A stretch of DNA of 64,000 bases from Vicugna vicugna (Eukaryota), in contig MU058584.1 of the NCBI GenBank assembly GCA_013265495.1, positions 904,616 through 968,615 on the forward strand, read 5' to 3'. Below are positions 51,401-62,310 of this stretch, piece by piece (the stretch's first letter is position 1; every line of letters starts with the position of its first letter). A model generated the notes under the pieces. It saw only the letters and a program-made list of their open reading frames with translations. It had not been told where the DNA came from and ran no database searches. Both the position numbers and the translations under genes were made by a program.

Positions 51401-53754
51401 CACCCTTCTTCTTTCTACTGATTGATTTCTCCTCTTTATCCTGAAGATCTCAGCCTCTTGTGACCTTTTGCATTAGATCAGATGCCTCTGTGCTAGGCTT
51501 TTTTTACCTCTTGTGCCAGTTCTGCACAGAATTCATTCACCATCGGCTCCCCTGTCTGAGTCTAAACTCTGCGAGGAGGAGGAGTGCACCGCCTTTCTAT
51601 CACGTTGCCTTGCCCACGACAGGTGCTCAGTGAACGTGTTGCAAGTTAGTTGAAATAAAACATGTCTTTCTGAGCGAAGTTAGCTTCTCTTTGAGAGTTC
51701 AGTTCTGCTCGTGACGATGATAAGCTTTAATAGATTAGTGTTTTGAAGAGGCAGGGGATGGAATCTGGGGGAAAACAAAATGAGTGCTGTGTTTTTTAGA
51801 CTCTGTATAATCCTCCAAAAAGAACTTTAACATAGTTACATATTAGAAAATGAGAAAGTTAATTTTGACCCTGTAAGAATTAATTTTGTTGCATTTTTGT
51901 GATGAGGAAGGTTTATTTCAGCCTCTCATTTTTCACTGCCTCGCTTACTGTGAGGAAGCATTGGCATGAAAGGTTTAGATCGAAGCAAGTAAGTTATCTC
52001 AGCAAAGTCCTAGAGGTAATGGGCAGTAATCCTGTCTGTGTCAGTAGCTTGAGGTCTAAGGGGAACCATGCTCTCTGCTTCGCGTGGCGTGTGCTTACTA
52101 AAATGAAACTGTGACCCTCCGGTGTTTTCTAAAGTATGTTCCATGGGATGCTAGTTCCTCGAGAAGATTTGCAAAAAGCAGTTTGTCAGGCAGCTAAGTT
52201 TGAGAAAATTGTATTCCCCTCTTTCAGAGATGTGCACAGTGCACATTAGCCCAGTAAAGGCTTTGAGAAGTTGACATGGTTAAGAAATATGCATGGTGTA
52301 TTTCATCTCGGTGTTTCCAAGTTGTTCTTGACTGCATGGCTTTTTTTCCCTCTTCGGGTTTTACGTAACACTTAACAACATCCCAAAGAACACACTTTGG
52401 GAACTCTTTCACAAACTAATAAGCTTACTTTCAGGCCCTGAGACTTTGTTTGAACTTACTATCTATTGGTCTCAAAGGGATGATTTGTTTACAAGGCGAG
52501 AAAATGTTTAATTTTATAAACTGAAGTATTTGATTAGCATCTATGGAAATACATTGCAGAAAGTGTTTCAGCCTTTGATTAACTTGGGGAAGTCAGTTTT
52601 CTGCTCTGTTAAAAGGCTGGGTTGACTAAAGAGATCTCTAATGCCTCTTCCAGTTAAAATATGAAAAAAAACTCTAGCATGATTGAATGAATATAAATGT
52701 TATGTCCAAAATATTGTAAAGTTTTCTTTAGCGTTTAGCTTTTTACCTCTGTAAAGGAAAAGCTTTTGTTTTGGGGGTTTATGCTCTGTGTTGATTTGAA
52801 AAGTCATATCACTTTATAGGGGCTGAGAGAAGTTTTCATTTTCATACAGTGTATCAGTTAAAATGAGATTCTCTACATAAAAGAGAAGAATGTAAGATAA
52901 TAGTGGATTAAACAAGATAAAAGCTTACATTTCTCACACGCAGGTTGAAGAGAGGCAGCCTCGGGCTGGTCTGGCAGCTTCGCAAATTGTCAGGGTCCCA
53001 GGTTCCTTTTATTACCACCCACCATCCTTAAGGCGTGGCCCTCATCCTCACAGCTCAAGGGAGCAGCATGGAAGGGGGGAAGGGGTGCCCCACTCCTTCT
53101 GAGGACACCCCTGCGTGGTGCCACATGACACTTCCACTTATGTCTCATTGGCCAGAACGTAGTCACCCGCAAGCTTCAGTGAAGGCTGGAAATGTCATCT
53201 TTTCATCTGGAGGCTGGTGAGCTCAGCTAACATCAGGGCTGTTTTACTAAAGAAGATGAATATTAGGAGGTAGATAGATAGCAGTTGGAATTTTTAAAAA
53301 CTGTTGATTTTTCTCTTTTATCCTTTCTTTCATCACAGACGGTTGGTGTCTTCTATTACTAGGTCCACAGGAGTTAGGGGCAACAGCAAAACTCAGCTCT
53401 TCCAGTCTTGCTATTTAAGGGAAGAGTAGGTAGATGTGTTGAATGCTGGAGTTTGGACTGAGAGTTAGCGAGTCCTCAGGATCCTGTCCTCAGGCTTCCC
53501 CACAGGGCAGCCACTCCAGCCCTTTCCAACTGTCCCTCCCCTGACTCTCCCCCTCCCTGGTTGTCTTACCTACGTTAAATGGCTTCTTACATTTAAATAC
53601 TGTTTGTTTCATTTTTCCTTTCAATTCATCCCTATCTTTGCTTCTTTTCCAGATGGACCTAGATGAAGACATTGCTGAAAAGTTTTACCAAAACCTACTG
53701 GAACTGGAAAAGCGTATTAGGGTCACCATTCAAAAAACTGATAACCAGAGCTGA
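34702..53754 (+). CDS. HSD17B7: HSD17B7, 3-ketosteroid reductase / 17-beta-hydroxysteroid dehydrogenase 7 (complete, 9 exons, 334 aa)
   Basis: GT-AG exons of 35,204,93,115,195,105,57,99,102 nt join in frame; SDR motifs TGASSGVG, NAG, WTSS and YSSSK. Confidence 0.98.
36634..36837 (+). CDS. HSD17B7: HSD17B7 exon 2 ([11 protein letters not shown]...KELKQ)
   Basis: Acceptor cttccag|TGG, donor CAAAG|gtatgc; 204 nt. Confidence 0.97.
39427..39466. repeat. (TAAA)10 microsatellite
   Basis: Perfect tetranucleotide run in HSD17B7 intron 2. Confidence 0.95.
39947..40039 (+). CDS. HSD17B7: HSD17B7 exon 3 ([17 protein letters not shown]...GLFS)
   Basis: Acceptor cttacag|GTT, donor TCAAG|gtaatt; 93 nt; NAG motif. 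Confidence 0.97.
41093..41207 (+). CDS. HSD17B7: HSD17B7 exon 4 ([11 protein letters not shown]...[11 protein letters not shown])
   Basis: Acceptor gtttcag|AAA, donor CTG|gtaaga; 115 nt. Confidence 0.97.
42960..44520 (-). mobile_element. Old L1MC-type 3' region, interrupted by a later 245-nt insertion
   Basis: TTTTAGGGTAGTTTTAGATTTGCAGAA... through ...TATTAGAAACTGAGATCTGGGTGC...; limits approximate. Confidence 0.7.
43114..43358 (-). other. Short retroposed polyadenylated fragment of unknown origin
   Basis: T-run at 43115-43121, TTTATT at 43137-43142, and 14-nt direct repeats with one mismatch at 43100-43113 and 43359-43372. Confidence 0.7.
44606..44800 (+). CDS. HSD17B7: HSD17B7 exon 5 (catalytic YSSSK, Tyr codon at 44735)
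   Basis: Acceptor cattcag|CTT, donor CAG|gtgagg; 195 nt. Confidence 0.97.
45035..45632. mobile_element. L1 insertion with inverted 5' part (minus-strand inter-ORF/ORF2-start piece, then plus-strand 3' end with poly(A))
   Basis: About 45035-45380 is the reverse complement of L1 inter-ORF sequence (compare 57370-57436); about 45385-45632 is an L1 3' end; direct repeat GTATATGG at 45027-45034 and 45633-45640. Confidence 0.8.
45770..45985 (-). mobile_element. MIR-like SINE remnant
   Basis: CCCATTTTCACATGAGGACACTAAAG...AAGTCATTTACCCAGAAGTTACACA...GAGCCCAAGGCTGTCTGACT. Confidence 0.65.
46560..46720 (+). mobile_element. MIR-like SINE remnant
   Basis: TTGGACAAGTTATTTAATTTCCCTGTGCTTCAGTTTCCTCCTCTGAAAAACAGGGATGATGAT. 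Confidence 0.65.
46775..46972. repeat. Degenerate TG-rich low-complexity tract
   Basis: Imperfect (TG)n/(TGCA)n mixture. Confidence 0.8.
48670..48774 (+). CDS. HSD17B7: HSD17B7 exon 6 ([10 protein letters not shown]...LIMPIIWL)
   Basis: Acceptor ctcccag|GGT, donor CTG|gtaagt; 105 nt; hydrophobic membrane-associated segment. Confidence 0.96.
49491..49547 (+). CDS. HSD17B7: HSD17B7 exon 7 ([19 protein letters not shown])
   Basis: Acceptor ttctcag|CTT, donor CTG|gtatgt; 57 nt. Confidence 0.96.
49990..50740 (+). mobile_element. Old L1ME-type fragment
   Basis: ...CATACCCTTAACCCAGCAATTGCATCTTTGGGATTTATC...CTGGAAACAACCTCAATGTCCATCAG...; limits approximate. Confidence 0.7.
51099..51197 (+). CDS. 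HSD17B7: HSD17B7 exon 8 ([21 protein letters not shown]...SRK)
   Basis: Acceptor tttccag|GTC, donor AAG|gtgaat; 99 nt. Confidence 0.96.
52120..52408. mobile_element. MITE-like DNA transposon remnant (possibly hAT-Charlie type)
   Basis: Imperfect terminal inverted repeats GTGTTTTCTAAAGTATGTTCCATGGGATG and CATCCCAAAGAACACACTTTGGGAAC. Confidence 0.55.
52850..53290 (-). mobile_element. MLT1-type (MaLR) LTR remnant
   Basis: TGTATCAGTTA...TAGTGGATTAAACAAGATA...TCTCATTGGCCAGAAC-TAGTCAC...AAGGCTGGAAATGT. Confidence 0.65.
53653..53754 (+). CDS. HSD17B7: HSD17B7 exon 9 coding part ([33 protein letters not shown])
   Basis: Acceptor tttccag|ATG, stop TGA at 53752-53754. Confidence 0.96.
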   Translation: MDLDEDIAEKFYQNLLELEKRIRVTIQKTDNQS

Positions 53755-54040
53755 CAGTGCCGCTCTCTGAAATGTTTCATGCCTTCTGTGGGTTCTGGAG
53801 CACATGGGTTTCCACTGGGTTGGATGACATGCATTTGTGGTAAATGGAACTATAATTTTCCCTTTTCCTTCATTTCAGAATCACCTCTAATACTGTATAT
53901 GTGTGTGCACATGAGAAAAAGATGGATAAAATATTCATTGGATATTCTTAAGAGTGGTGTCACATCAACATTGTGATAGAGTCACTCAGCCGAGTATCTT
54001 TTTATTTGTTCTGACAACTGGAGCTCTACACTTCATGGGT

Positions 54041-54657
54041 TGTTACCAGACGGGTCGACCAGACCCATGCTGGGGTTCTAGTCCGGGCCGAGACCCCTTA
54101 TGTCAGCCAGGCAGGTTCTTTTTCCCATCAGAATCACGCAGCCAATAACGAAGCCCACGCTGAGACCGGAAGAGCACAAGCTTTATTCAACAGCCAGAGT
54201 GGAGACGGGGGAACCTAGTTCACAAGTCAACTGCTCAACCCAACTTGGGAGGGGACACCAAGTATGTAGGAGGGTTGACGTGAAAGGGAGGGAACTGGAA
54301 AGTGTGGGAGGAATAGTCATGAGTTATCCCAGAACAGGGGTCTGGTTTGGACCTGGAACTGACGCAGCTCTCCTTTCCAGTCCTTGTGCAGGCTTTTCCA
54401 GTTTTTGTCATGGCAGTCACCAGCTGTCATGCTGCTGGTGGGTGCATCATTTAGCATGCGAATGGAGTACAGTGAGTGTACCATGAGGCGCAAGGTCCAC
54501 TGGAAACCAGATCTTCTGCCATCTTGGGTCTAGTTGGTTCTAAATGGTACTTTTTTTTTCCCTCTTTGCAGTTTCGTCCTGAAACTTAGATGAGAGTGAT
54601 TGGTTTCTATTTGAGGAAGGGGCAGGGTATGATCCTGGGACAATAGCCTTGGTAATA
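54041..54657 (-). mobile_element. ERV1-like solo LTR just downstream of the HSD17B7 stop
   Basis: Inverted termini TGTTACCA...TGGTAATA; minus-strand AATAAA (TTTATT) at 54182-54187; no clear target-site duplication. Confidence 0.7.
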
Positions 54658-54687
54658 AATCTCCTCTTTCCTTTTTACTGTTCCTCA

Positions 54688-54838
54688 TTTTTTTTTAACA
54701 AATTTATTGTGGTATAACTTCTGTACAGTAAAGTATACATATTTTAGGTGTACAATTTGATGAATGAACTTTGATAGATCTATGCATCTATTAAACCACC
54801 ACCACAATCAAGATACCTAATATTTTCATCACTTCCCA
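54688..54838 (-). mobile_element. Short old L1 3' end fragment
   Basis: T-run then AAATTTATTGTGGTATAAC...ATTTTAGGTGTACAATTTGATGAAT...ACCACCACAATCAAGATA. Confidence 0.7.
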
Positions 54839-54839
54839 A

Positions 54840-57436
54840 GGGAGGATGTGCCCATGAGAGGGAGCTGCGAAAGAGGGAAGGTTCCCTCACCCTGGGAAAT
54901 CAGAAAGGAGCTCCAGATGCACAGAGGAGCAGATACAGAGCAACTGTCCAGCAGTAGCAAAACAGAGAGAGCAGTATGGATGGTCCTGGCCACCTCACTA
55001 CACTCCCCAGTCTGAGATGCACATTGAAGTACGTGAAGTGGCTGGGTGCTGAAACTCAGGCTTCAGGAGACTGACTTGGGGAGAGGACTGGGGTGTGGCA
55101 CAGCCCACAACTGGGGGTGTACACAGGACACAGCCTGGGTCTGCTGTAGAAGCCCCATCGTTAACATCTGCACCAGGGGAGGGGTGGGTCCCCGCCACAG
55201 CAGTGTCCTTCTCTGCGCGCTCACTGTGGGTGCAGCTCTGCCTCTAGGAGCACTGGACGTGCACAGGCCCCGGCGGTTGCCCCCGTGTGCCCGTATGGAA
55301 GTGGGGCTGAGACCTGAGCCCTGTCAGTGGCTTTGTGACTTTAAAGGATTTATACAGTCAGTGTCTTTGTAAGATCAGCACATACAGGACATCCCAGTGG
55401 ATTTACTGGTGCCCATGAGGCCAAGGACAGTCTGAAGTCAGCAGCTGCAAGCTCTGTGGGCCTGTGAACAGGGGGGCAGGGCCAGGTCTGCCCTCATTTC
55501 ATAGCTCCCAGGGTGAGCCCAGGTGTGCAACTATGAGCAACGACAGCGGATCCAGGAGCCTTATTTCAGGGGATCTGCACTGGTGGCTTTGTCAGCACAG
55601 CACTGAGGGACATCAGGACATTGCCTGCACTCCCACGGCTGAGGCTGGGCCAAGGGCAGCAATTGTGGCCTTTGTGAGCTTGCACAGTGAGTGATAGGCA
55701 ACACCACAGCGTACACATCCTAGCAGACAGCTCCTGTGGAGAAATACTCAGTGACTCCTCTCCCGGTGGAACTGATCCTGTCCTGCTCACCCCACACCAC
55801 AGCTCAGAGGCAGGTCTAGAGACTCCTATGCCAACAAGTGGGGAGCAGACCCTGCCCCCAAAGGGCTATGACAGCCACAGAGCAAAGAGGTGGCCCCATG
55901 CAACATCCAGTGCAGGCTCTGATCACCACAGCACCCATCATCCTCCCTAGCAAGGGGATAAGGGTCAGCAAACACTGAGGAGAGATCTGTCAGGTATCCA
56001 AGCTAAAAATAGCCCTCACACCAAAAGTAGTGGACTTACACAGGCTACATTCCCACATAAAAATAGCCCTTCAAGGTCACAGTAGATAACTATTTCCCCA
56101 AAATCCATAGACTCAGGAATATAAGTAAAAAGAAGCAGAGGAACTACTCCCAATTAAAAAGAACAAGAGAAATCCCCTGAAAGAATAAACAATGAAAGAC
56201 ATCTTCAGTCTACTGGATCCCCAAGTTCAAAAAGGAAGTAACAAAAATGCTGAAGGAATTTAGAAAGGCTATTGGTAGAAATGCAGATCATTGTAGAAAA
56301 TATAAAGAGGAGACAATTAAAATTAGAAAACTCGTTTGTTGAGGTGAAATCTGAGCTAAAGGCAATCCATAGCAAAAAATAAAGCAGACGAACAAATAAG
56401 TGATCTGGAGGATAGAATAATGGAATCATCCAATCAGAATAGCAGACAGAAAAAAATGGAAGCAATATATGAGAGCTATTGGATAATATAAAGCAAGCCA
56501 ATCAGTGCATAATAGGGAATCTCAGAAAGAGAAGAAAGGGAAAAGAGGATCGAAAATGTATTTGAAGAAATTATGGTTGAAAAATTCCCAAACCTTAAAC
56601 AGATATCCAGATTCAGGAAGCACAGAGGGTCCCAAACAAGATGAACCCAAACAGACCTACACCAAGACATAATTATAATTAAAATGGCCAAAGTTAAAAG
56701 AGAATTCTAAGGGCAGGAAGAGGAAAAAAGTTAATTACGAGGGAACCCCCATAAGGCTATCAGCTTATTTCTCCACAGAAACATGGCCAGAAGAGAGTGG
56801 AAAGGTATGTTCAAAGTCTTGAGAGGGGGAAAATTTGCAATCTAGGATACTTAGCAAGATTATCATTTAGAATAGGATGAGACAAGCAAAAACTAAAATA
56901 ATACAGCAATACTAAACCTATCCTAAAAGACATATTAAAAGGTTTTCTTTAAATAGAGACAAGGCAAGAATCTATAGGAAACAGGAAATCACAATTGAAA
57001 AATTAAATCACTTAAGTAAGCCAGCACATAGATTGAAAAAGAAATTGTGAGAGTGATGATAACTGCAATGAACAGCACAAGGATAAACATGAAGGTGTAA
57101 ATAGGACATCAAAATCAAAATATGGTTGGGGGGGTAAGAAACATGTAGAATTTTTTTAGAATGTGTTTGAGCTTATATGACTACCAGTCTAATGCAAGTA
57201 GGTATAGTAATTGTTAACATACTTTCAAGTTAACATACTCAAAAACTAAGGTAAACACAAATTTAAAAAAATACAATAGATTCACAAAAACCCAAAACTA
57301 GAGAACTCAAGCTAATACAAAGTAAAACCATCAAACCACAAAAGGAAAAACAAACAAAAACAAAACAAACAAGAGAAAGGAACAAAGAAGAAATAGGAGA
57401 TCAACTGGAAAACAAGGTTTAAAATGACAATAAATA
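54840..57436 (+). mobile_element. L1 5' half: 5' UTR, decayed ORF1, inter-ORF spacer, broken at the ORF2 start
   Basis: ORF1-like remnants (FEEIMVEKFPNL; IQIQEAQRVPNKMNPNRPTPRH) at about 56560-56670; ends ...GGTTTAAAATGACAATAAATA. Confidence 0.85.
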
Positions 57437-59104
57437 GGGAGGTTCCAGTCAAGACGGCAGAGTAGTAGGACCATGAGCTGGCCTTTCCTCACAACTACAA
57501 CAAAACCACAACTGACTGCTAAAAAACTGTCAAAAAAAGGAGACTGGAACGTAGCAAAAAAGATGTTCTTTAACTGGAAACAGAGGGAACCAGAGCGGGA
57601 TGGTAGAAGGGGGCCCCATTACCCCCTGGGGGGGGGCAGTACACAAGCTGAAGAATAATTTAGTCAGCGTCTCCCCCAGAGTGAGAGTTCTGAGCCCCAC
57701 ATCAGGCTCCCCAGCCCAGGATTCTGTCCCTGGGAGCAGGAGGCCCCATGATATCTGGTTTTAAAGGCCAGTGGGGCTTAACTCCAGGAGCCCCACAGGA
57801 CTGGGGGGAAACAGAGACTTCATTCTTTTGGGACGTGCACACAGAATCTCCTATGTGCCAAGTCCAAGGGTTTGTATGCAGGTCCAAGGCATGTGCCTGG
57901 GCCAGGCATGCCTGCTGGTTTTGGAAGCTCTCCTGGGAATGTACGGGACAGCTGTGGCTCACCCAGGAGACATAAAAGCTGGTGGCAGACATTCCAGGAG
58001 TGTTCATCTACATGAGCTTTCCTGGAGGCTGACATCTTGATTGGATCATTAGCACCAAGACCAAGGCCCACCCAACAGCCTGTGGGCTTAAGGGCTGGGA
58101 AGCCTCAGGCCAAACAACAACTAGGTGCAAACACAGCCCCACCCATCAACAGACTCCCTAAGCCACAAACGCCTCTAGACAAGGCCCTACCCACCGGAGG
58201 GCCAGGATTAAGCTTCACCCAACAGTGGGCAGGCACCAGCTCCTCCTGCCAGGAGACCTGCGTAAGCCTTTAGTCCAGCCTCATCTATGAGGGGGGCAGA
58301 TACCAGAAATAAGAGAACAGTCCCAAAGCCTGTGGGAGGAATCCACAAACACAGGCCAGACTATGCTGAGACCAGCTGGGCCCTGGCCCTTGGGTGACAA
58401 GAGAGGAGTGTACTGCTCGGACACATAGGACATCTCCCACAGAGGGCCACCTCTCCAAGGCTGAGAAACAAAACTAATGTACCTAAAAATACAAATAAGT
58501 AAACAATATGAGGGGGGCAGAGGAATATCTTCCAAGCAAGCCAAAGCACAAGATAAAATCTCAGAAGAAGAAATAAGTCATAAGGAGTAGGCAATTTACC
58601 CAAGAAAGAGTTTAGAATAATGATGGCGAAGATGTTCAGAGAACTCAAGGGGAGGATAGATGCACAGAGCAAAGCTTTTAACAAAGAGTTGGAAAATAAA
58701 AAGAATACCCAAACAAAATTGAAGAATAAAATTACTGGAATGAATAACACGTTAGAAGGAGCCAAGGATAGACTAAATGAGGCAGAAGAATGGATCAGTG
58801 AGCTAGAAGACAGATTAGTGGAAATTACTCCCACATGCAGAACAGAAAAAAAAAAAGAATGAAAAGAAATGAGGATAATTTAAGAGAACTCTGAGACAAT
58901 ATGAAGCACACTGATATTCGCATTATAGGGGTCCCAGAAAAAGAAGAGAGAAAGGATCAGAAAAAAGTTTTGAAGGGCTAATAACTGAAAACTTCCCTAA
59001 CTTGGGAAAGGAAACAATCAACCAAGTCCATGAAGCACAGAGAGATACACACAGGACCAACTCAAAGAGGAACACACCGAAGCACATAGTACTTAAATTG
59101 ACAA
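57437..59104 (+). mobile_element. Second L1 5' part (5' UTR and ORF1), nested in the first and truncated
   Basis: Starts GGGAGGTTCCAGTCAAGACGGCAGAGTAG (L1 5' end type); ORF 58620-58862 encodes the ORF1 coiled coil (NNTLEGAKDRLNEAEEWISELEDRLVEIT). Confidence 0.88.
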
Positions 59105-59121
59105 AATTTAAGTACTATGTG

Positions 59122-60974
59122 TTTAAAACCTTCTGCTTGGTTCATCTTTTCAAAGCCCTGCCAAGATGCACTTAAGGTAGTGCTCTAATAAAGGACTTCC
59201 TCCCACATTGGGGGGGGGGGCAATTTGGTTCAGCTGTGAGTACTGCCAAGTGGGCTTCAGGTGAACTATTTGGGTCTGTTAGGTGGAGCTGGTACGCTTC
59301 TTCCCCAGCCTTCTCAAGGGCCATTCTCCTTCACCTCCTGTAAGCATCCTATTGATGACAATGTGTATGTCTGCCCATGAAGGGTGGTGAGTAGCAAAAA
59401 TAGGAGTTAACGATTCTGTCATTCAGAGAGGATCTTCCCTGTAAGGAAGGTAGTGATCTTTCCAATTAAACAAGTTTGCAGTGGAGAAAGGACTATGTAT
59501 CCGTAGAAAGCCAGCTGGCTGGCTGTCTGCATTTAGCCCCCCAACTGGATAATGGCATAAGGGAAACTGCCCTGCCCCAGAAGTGGCTCCCGGCCCAAAT
59601 TGGTGCCCTGTTGGGTCTTAGATGGTGATAACAGACCAGGTTCCTGTGCCCCAGGAACTAACACAGGATGATCCCTATAACGGGGTGGAGGCAGTCCAAC
59701 CACTTCCTGAGCTCCGGTGTGGGGAATTGGGGCTGGATGTGAACAGGAGGCGGTGGAAGGGGTGGATGTATTGGCAAAACTGCCAGAGTGGTGGGGCTAG
59801 CTAGCTCAGCTGCAGGAGGTAAGGTCTGAAGCAATATATCCTCACTCTCAGTCCCTTTCTTTTTTAATTTTCCCTGATGCATTATCACAACGCTTGCACA
59901 TAGGGGATTTTATCATTATTCCCTGCTTTTTCACAGAATAGCTCTAACTGCAGGATTGTATAGAGACATTCAAAGGCCACCGTTCCTCAGCATTTTACTG
60001 CAAAGCCATAAATAGCAACTGATCCTCTCTAACCATTTTGCCTTGGCATCAACCAACCATGCTGAATTCTGGGCTGGGGCTTTTGATGATTTTAGGAACC
60101 AAGTGGGATCTCTCTCCTCTCTCTGGGAATGTCCCACTCTTGGACAGCAATTTTTTTTTTCCTGTTCTTTTCCTCCATTTGATATCAGTAAAAGTTTTAA
60201 ATACCACAAAACTGATTTGGCTATGAATGGAGAAGAGATACCAAAACAAAATGAAAGGAAAAAAACCCGAAAGGACGAACAGAAAACCCTAAATAAATCA
60301 AAGCTTGCTTTGCGGGTTTTACACATACCAACGACACAGGAGACCACAAGCAGAGCAAAGGTGGCCGTACATGGTATGCGGAGTCCTCGGGTAGCCCTAC
60401 ACAAACGCCTTGTGGCGATCCCAACAAGTGCTATGCACACATTTTTCATATTCCTCTTAATCGTGGGTTCATAGCTGTAATCAGGCCACTTATCCAAAAT
60501 ACCCCTCAGTGGACCTTCTTTAGGGGTAGTTAAAACATTCCCCAGTTTATAGACAGAAGTACAAGACAAAACACAAGAGGCACCCACAAAAGCTAGTATC
60601 CAAAGAAATAAGCTGGTTCACAAATCAGGTAAAAGTCCAGCGAGTATTTCCTCTCTCCAACAGGGTACCCGCTCAAATGCAAACCAAACTGGCTTATTCT
60701 GGAGAACAAAAAAGCCCCATATGGAGAGGAATAGCTTTTCCGGCTGTAAACGTAGGAGCGACTTACCTTACTGCACTGAGCCCATTGGTTCCCAGACGCC
60801 AATTCCTTGCTCCAACCGCCCAGCACTGGGGCAGCCAGTGCCGCTTCGGGGAATTTTGAAGGGAACATCCTTAGGACAAGTAATCCCGGCCGCTGCTAGG
60901 GACTTTCCCCCAAATTTACCAACTGGGGCCAGCTGGCCATGAGCAGCAAGGTTCCTGGCTGATCTACCAAAATT
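59122..60974 (-). mobile_element. ERV1-class provirus internal region: leader and decayed gag, 3' part missing
   Basis: Minus-strand matrix motifs PLRGILDKW (60486-60512), WPLN (59968-59979), YTILQLELFCEKAG and IPYVQA (59891-59908), then a proline-rich stretch. Confidence 0.85.
60952..60969 (-). promoter_or_regulatory. Degenerate primer binding site, tRNA-Arg-like
   Basis: TGGTAGATCAGCCAGGAA a few nt inside the LTR end; 12/18 match to TGGCGAGCCAGCCAGGAG (recalled tRNA-Arg complement). Confidence 0.5.
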
Positions 60975-61399
60975 TGTTACCGAGTCCAACCTCATACTAC
61001 TCATTGCATGACAGGCCAATAAATTGAGATGAGCTGTTGGGGCAAGGAAAAATGACTTTATTTGGAAAGCCAGCAGAATGAGAAGATGGAGAACTAGTGT
61101 CCCAAAGAACCGTCTTCCCTGAGTTAGAACTCAGGCTTCTTTCACACTAAAAGAGGAGGGGGTAAAATCCTGCTTCCAGCCAGACTCCAGAGAGGCTGTG
61201 TTAATTTCTTCCAGCCTGCAGCCCTTCACAGGCGGGCCTGGCCAGGCTGTTTCCTATGAGTTAAACAAAGGTATTTTAGGTTAATGATCATTACCTGGGA
61301 GGCAAGTTTCCCAGAGATGGGCCATAATGCATAACTTAAGCTTATAGGCAACACCCCTTTAGTGATTAACTTAGAATGGAAAGGTTCTTCACTATTACA
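60975..61399 (-). mobile_element. 5' LTR of the ERV1 provirus
   Basis: TG...CA termini (TGTTAC...ATTACA), minus-strand AATAAA near 61057, adjacent primer binding site. Confidence 0.8.
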
Positions 61400-61545
61400 A
61401 CCCTGTAATATTGTATATCAATTCCTTTGTCTATTTTCTTTTGAAATGAACAATGCTATGTCCTTTATTCTTTTTTTTTTTGGTCATAATCTTGTATGGT
61501 TTTCTAGCTGTAGTTAAAAATAAGATGTCTATGTTTCATTTACAG

Positions 61546-61638
61546 TTTTCAGAGATTAGACGATGCATGTCTAAATGCTGGAATCATGCTTAATCCTCAG
61601 CTGAACATGAAAGCATTTTCCTCTGACCTCTGTTTAAG
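61546..61638 (+). pseudogene. HSD17B7 exon 3 relic (FQRLDDACLNAGIMLNPQLNMKAFSSDLCL)
   Basis: 93 nt like exon 3, 73/93 identical by hand count, no indel; acceptor tttacag intact, donor GT changed to AT. Confidence 0.92.
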
Positions 61639-61974
61639 ATAACTTCTGCATTCTAGTTGTGTCCCTGATTTATGAAATAGTGGTGGTAAATGTATGGGGA
61701 TGCTGAATAGGATAAGTAGGAACAGGTATTGCCATCACATTATGAAAAGATAATTTCTATTAGAGAAATGCTGCTGGGCATGGGTTTTTTAATGGAATTC
61801 AAAGTCTCTAGGACGCTATAAAAATTGGATTGTTTTTCAGGATGGAATAGGAAATTAGCAATTCTTGGAGTGAATGAATGTGTCAGCGTCTTCCTTCTGT
61901 ACAAAAAAATACCAAACAAAAACTTTTTGTTATCCCATTTCCCCCAGCAAATTACTGTTCCATTGATTTGCTCT

Positions 61975-62310
61975 TCTTTGTAGCAAAACTCAGACCTGTC
62001 TTTAGTCTCTGTACCCAATGCCTCACCTTCCTTCTTCCCTTCTTCTCTTAAATCCATTCAATCAGACTTTCACTCTTACCACTCTACCAAAACAGTTCTG
62101 ATCACTGACAACATGACCTTTATTGCTACTTGCAATGATCTTCATTTCACTCAACCCATCAGTAGCAGCTGACACAGCTGATCATTTCTACCCTTAGCTT
62201 CCAGGACATGACGCTTCCTGATTTCCCTTCTGCCTTTCCGGTTATTCTTTCTCAAGTTCCTGCTCCTCCTGGATGCCTAAATATCAGAGATCTCTAGGGT
62301 GCAATTTTTA
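61975..62310 (+). mobile_element. L2 (LINE2) reverse transcriptase region remnant
   Basis: CAATCAGACTTTCACTCTTACCACTCTACCAAAACAGTTCTG reads QSDFHSYHSTKTVL (compare QSGFRxxHSTETAL); later TCAGTAGCAGCTGACACAGCTGATCA (compare SAAFDTVDH). Confidence 0.75.

Noticed and set aside
53653..53754. HSD17B7 ends at 334 aa, shorter than the 341-aa human protein
   Set aside because: As I recall, rodent HSD17B7 is also 334 aa, so this is probably the common mammalian length and not a truncation.
58361..58862. 157-aa minus-strand and 80-aa plus-strand ORFs
   Set aside because: L1 ORF1 remnant and its antisense frame; surrounding stops and frameshifts show a dead element.
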